From contig JAVZCJ010000004.1 of assembly GCA_038874475.1 (NCBI GenBank), forward strand, positions 48,127 to 72,126: a stretch of 24,000 nt of DNA. Reading direction: 5' to 3'. This document shows positions 23,621-24,000 of the stretch, piece after piece. The notes under the pieces were generated by a model. It was not told the origin of the DNA and ran no database searches. It worked only from the letters and a program-made list of their open reading frames with translations. How positions within the stretch are numbered: position 1 is the first letter of the stretch; each line of letters starts with the position of its first letter. Origin of the DNA: Nitrososphaerota archaeon (GTDB taxonomy: Archaea > Thermoproteota > Nitrososphaeria_A > Caldarchaeales > JAVZCJ01). A program made the position numbers and the translations under genes.

Positions 23621-24000
23621 CTACTTTTTATAAATACCAATAGAAATTTCTTTAATAATTTCTTCAGGTTTTTTTATAGAGTAAACCATATCTAAGAAAA
23701 CTTTTTTCAAATCTATTCTTTCACCATAAAGGTTAAATCTTTCTAAAGCTACGTCAAGGATTTCTGATATAAGAGGCATTTTCTTTTTGTATATTCTTCT
23801 TACGTTACTCCAACATCTACAAAAATTAGAATAATCTAATTCTATATTAAAATACTCTATTAAAATTGCGTATGCAAGCTCTTGAATTGAAAGCTTTTTA
23901 GAAAATTTCTTCTCAAAATAATCTTTTATCCCTTCACTTTTACCAATGCTGCAGATATAACTCCAATAAATATAATTATAGAATATATCTGTAGTTCTAT
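23621..24000 (-). CDS. Hypothetical protein, C-terminal 126 codons only (start lies beyond the window)
   Basis: This ORF is not in the track. By hand the minus strand is open from 24000 to TAG (complement of 23621-23623). It reads ...WSYICSIGKSEGIKDYFEKKFSKKLSIQELAYAILIEYFNIELDYSNFCRCWSNVRRIYKKKMPLISEILDVALERFNLYGERIDLKKVFLDMVYSIKKPEEIIKEISIGIYKK. I recognise no motif. Confidence 0.45.
   Translation of the reverse strand, partial: RTTDIFYNYIYWSYICSIGKSEGIKDYFEKKFSKKLSIQELAYAILIEYFNIELDYSNFCRCWSNVRRIYKKKMPLISEILDVALERFNLYGERIDLKKVFLDMVYSIKKPEEIIKEISIGIYKK

Overview
Very AT-rich archaeal chromosomal segment. Hand counts on sample 60-nt lines give about 22-30% G+C in most genes and up to about 37-43% in a few. 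The two tRNA genes are strongly GC-rich, which suggests a thermophile. Archaeal identity rests on Alba, TFE-alpha, NAC-alpha, MBF1, an RPA-like multi-OB protein, NrpR, and a tRNA with non-canonical inserted blocks. Many genes carry GGAGG or GGTGAT Shine-Dalgarno boxes 6-11 nt upstream of the start. Reading left to right, the window holds: (1) a DsrE-like / TusA / cysteine desulfurase sulfur-relay operon; (2) a co-directional five-gene membrane-associated module (TM-anchored wHTH protein, TM-anchored HerA/VirB4-like protein with a degenerate P-loop, RadA/KaiC-like ATPase, two membrane proteins) that I cannot assign to a named system and consider the best candidate for something new; (3) housekeeping genes (alba, a class-III aminotransferase, a SWIM / small TM / RPA-like cluster, a PdeM-like phosphoesterase, tRNA-Pro); (4) an unusual wHTH + ATP-cone + divergent class-III RNR (NrdD)-like fusion protein; (5) nac, thrC, mbf1, hflX, tfe and a coupled unknown gene; (6) a tRNA-Val(GAC) carrying about 33 extra nt in two blocks, followed by a codon-usage-atypical membrane ORF and a VapBC pair; (7) nrpR and a convergent NfnAB (SudBA / GltD-like) operon. 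Two genes (the NrdD-like fusion and tfe) have conserved N-terminal domains encoded upstream of their first ATG/GTG/TTG. Each sits behind a well-placed SD box, which suggests AUA/AUU initiation or sequence errors. No CRISPR array, rRNA, transposase or integrase was seen.
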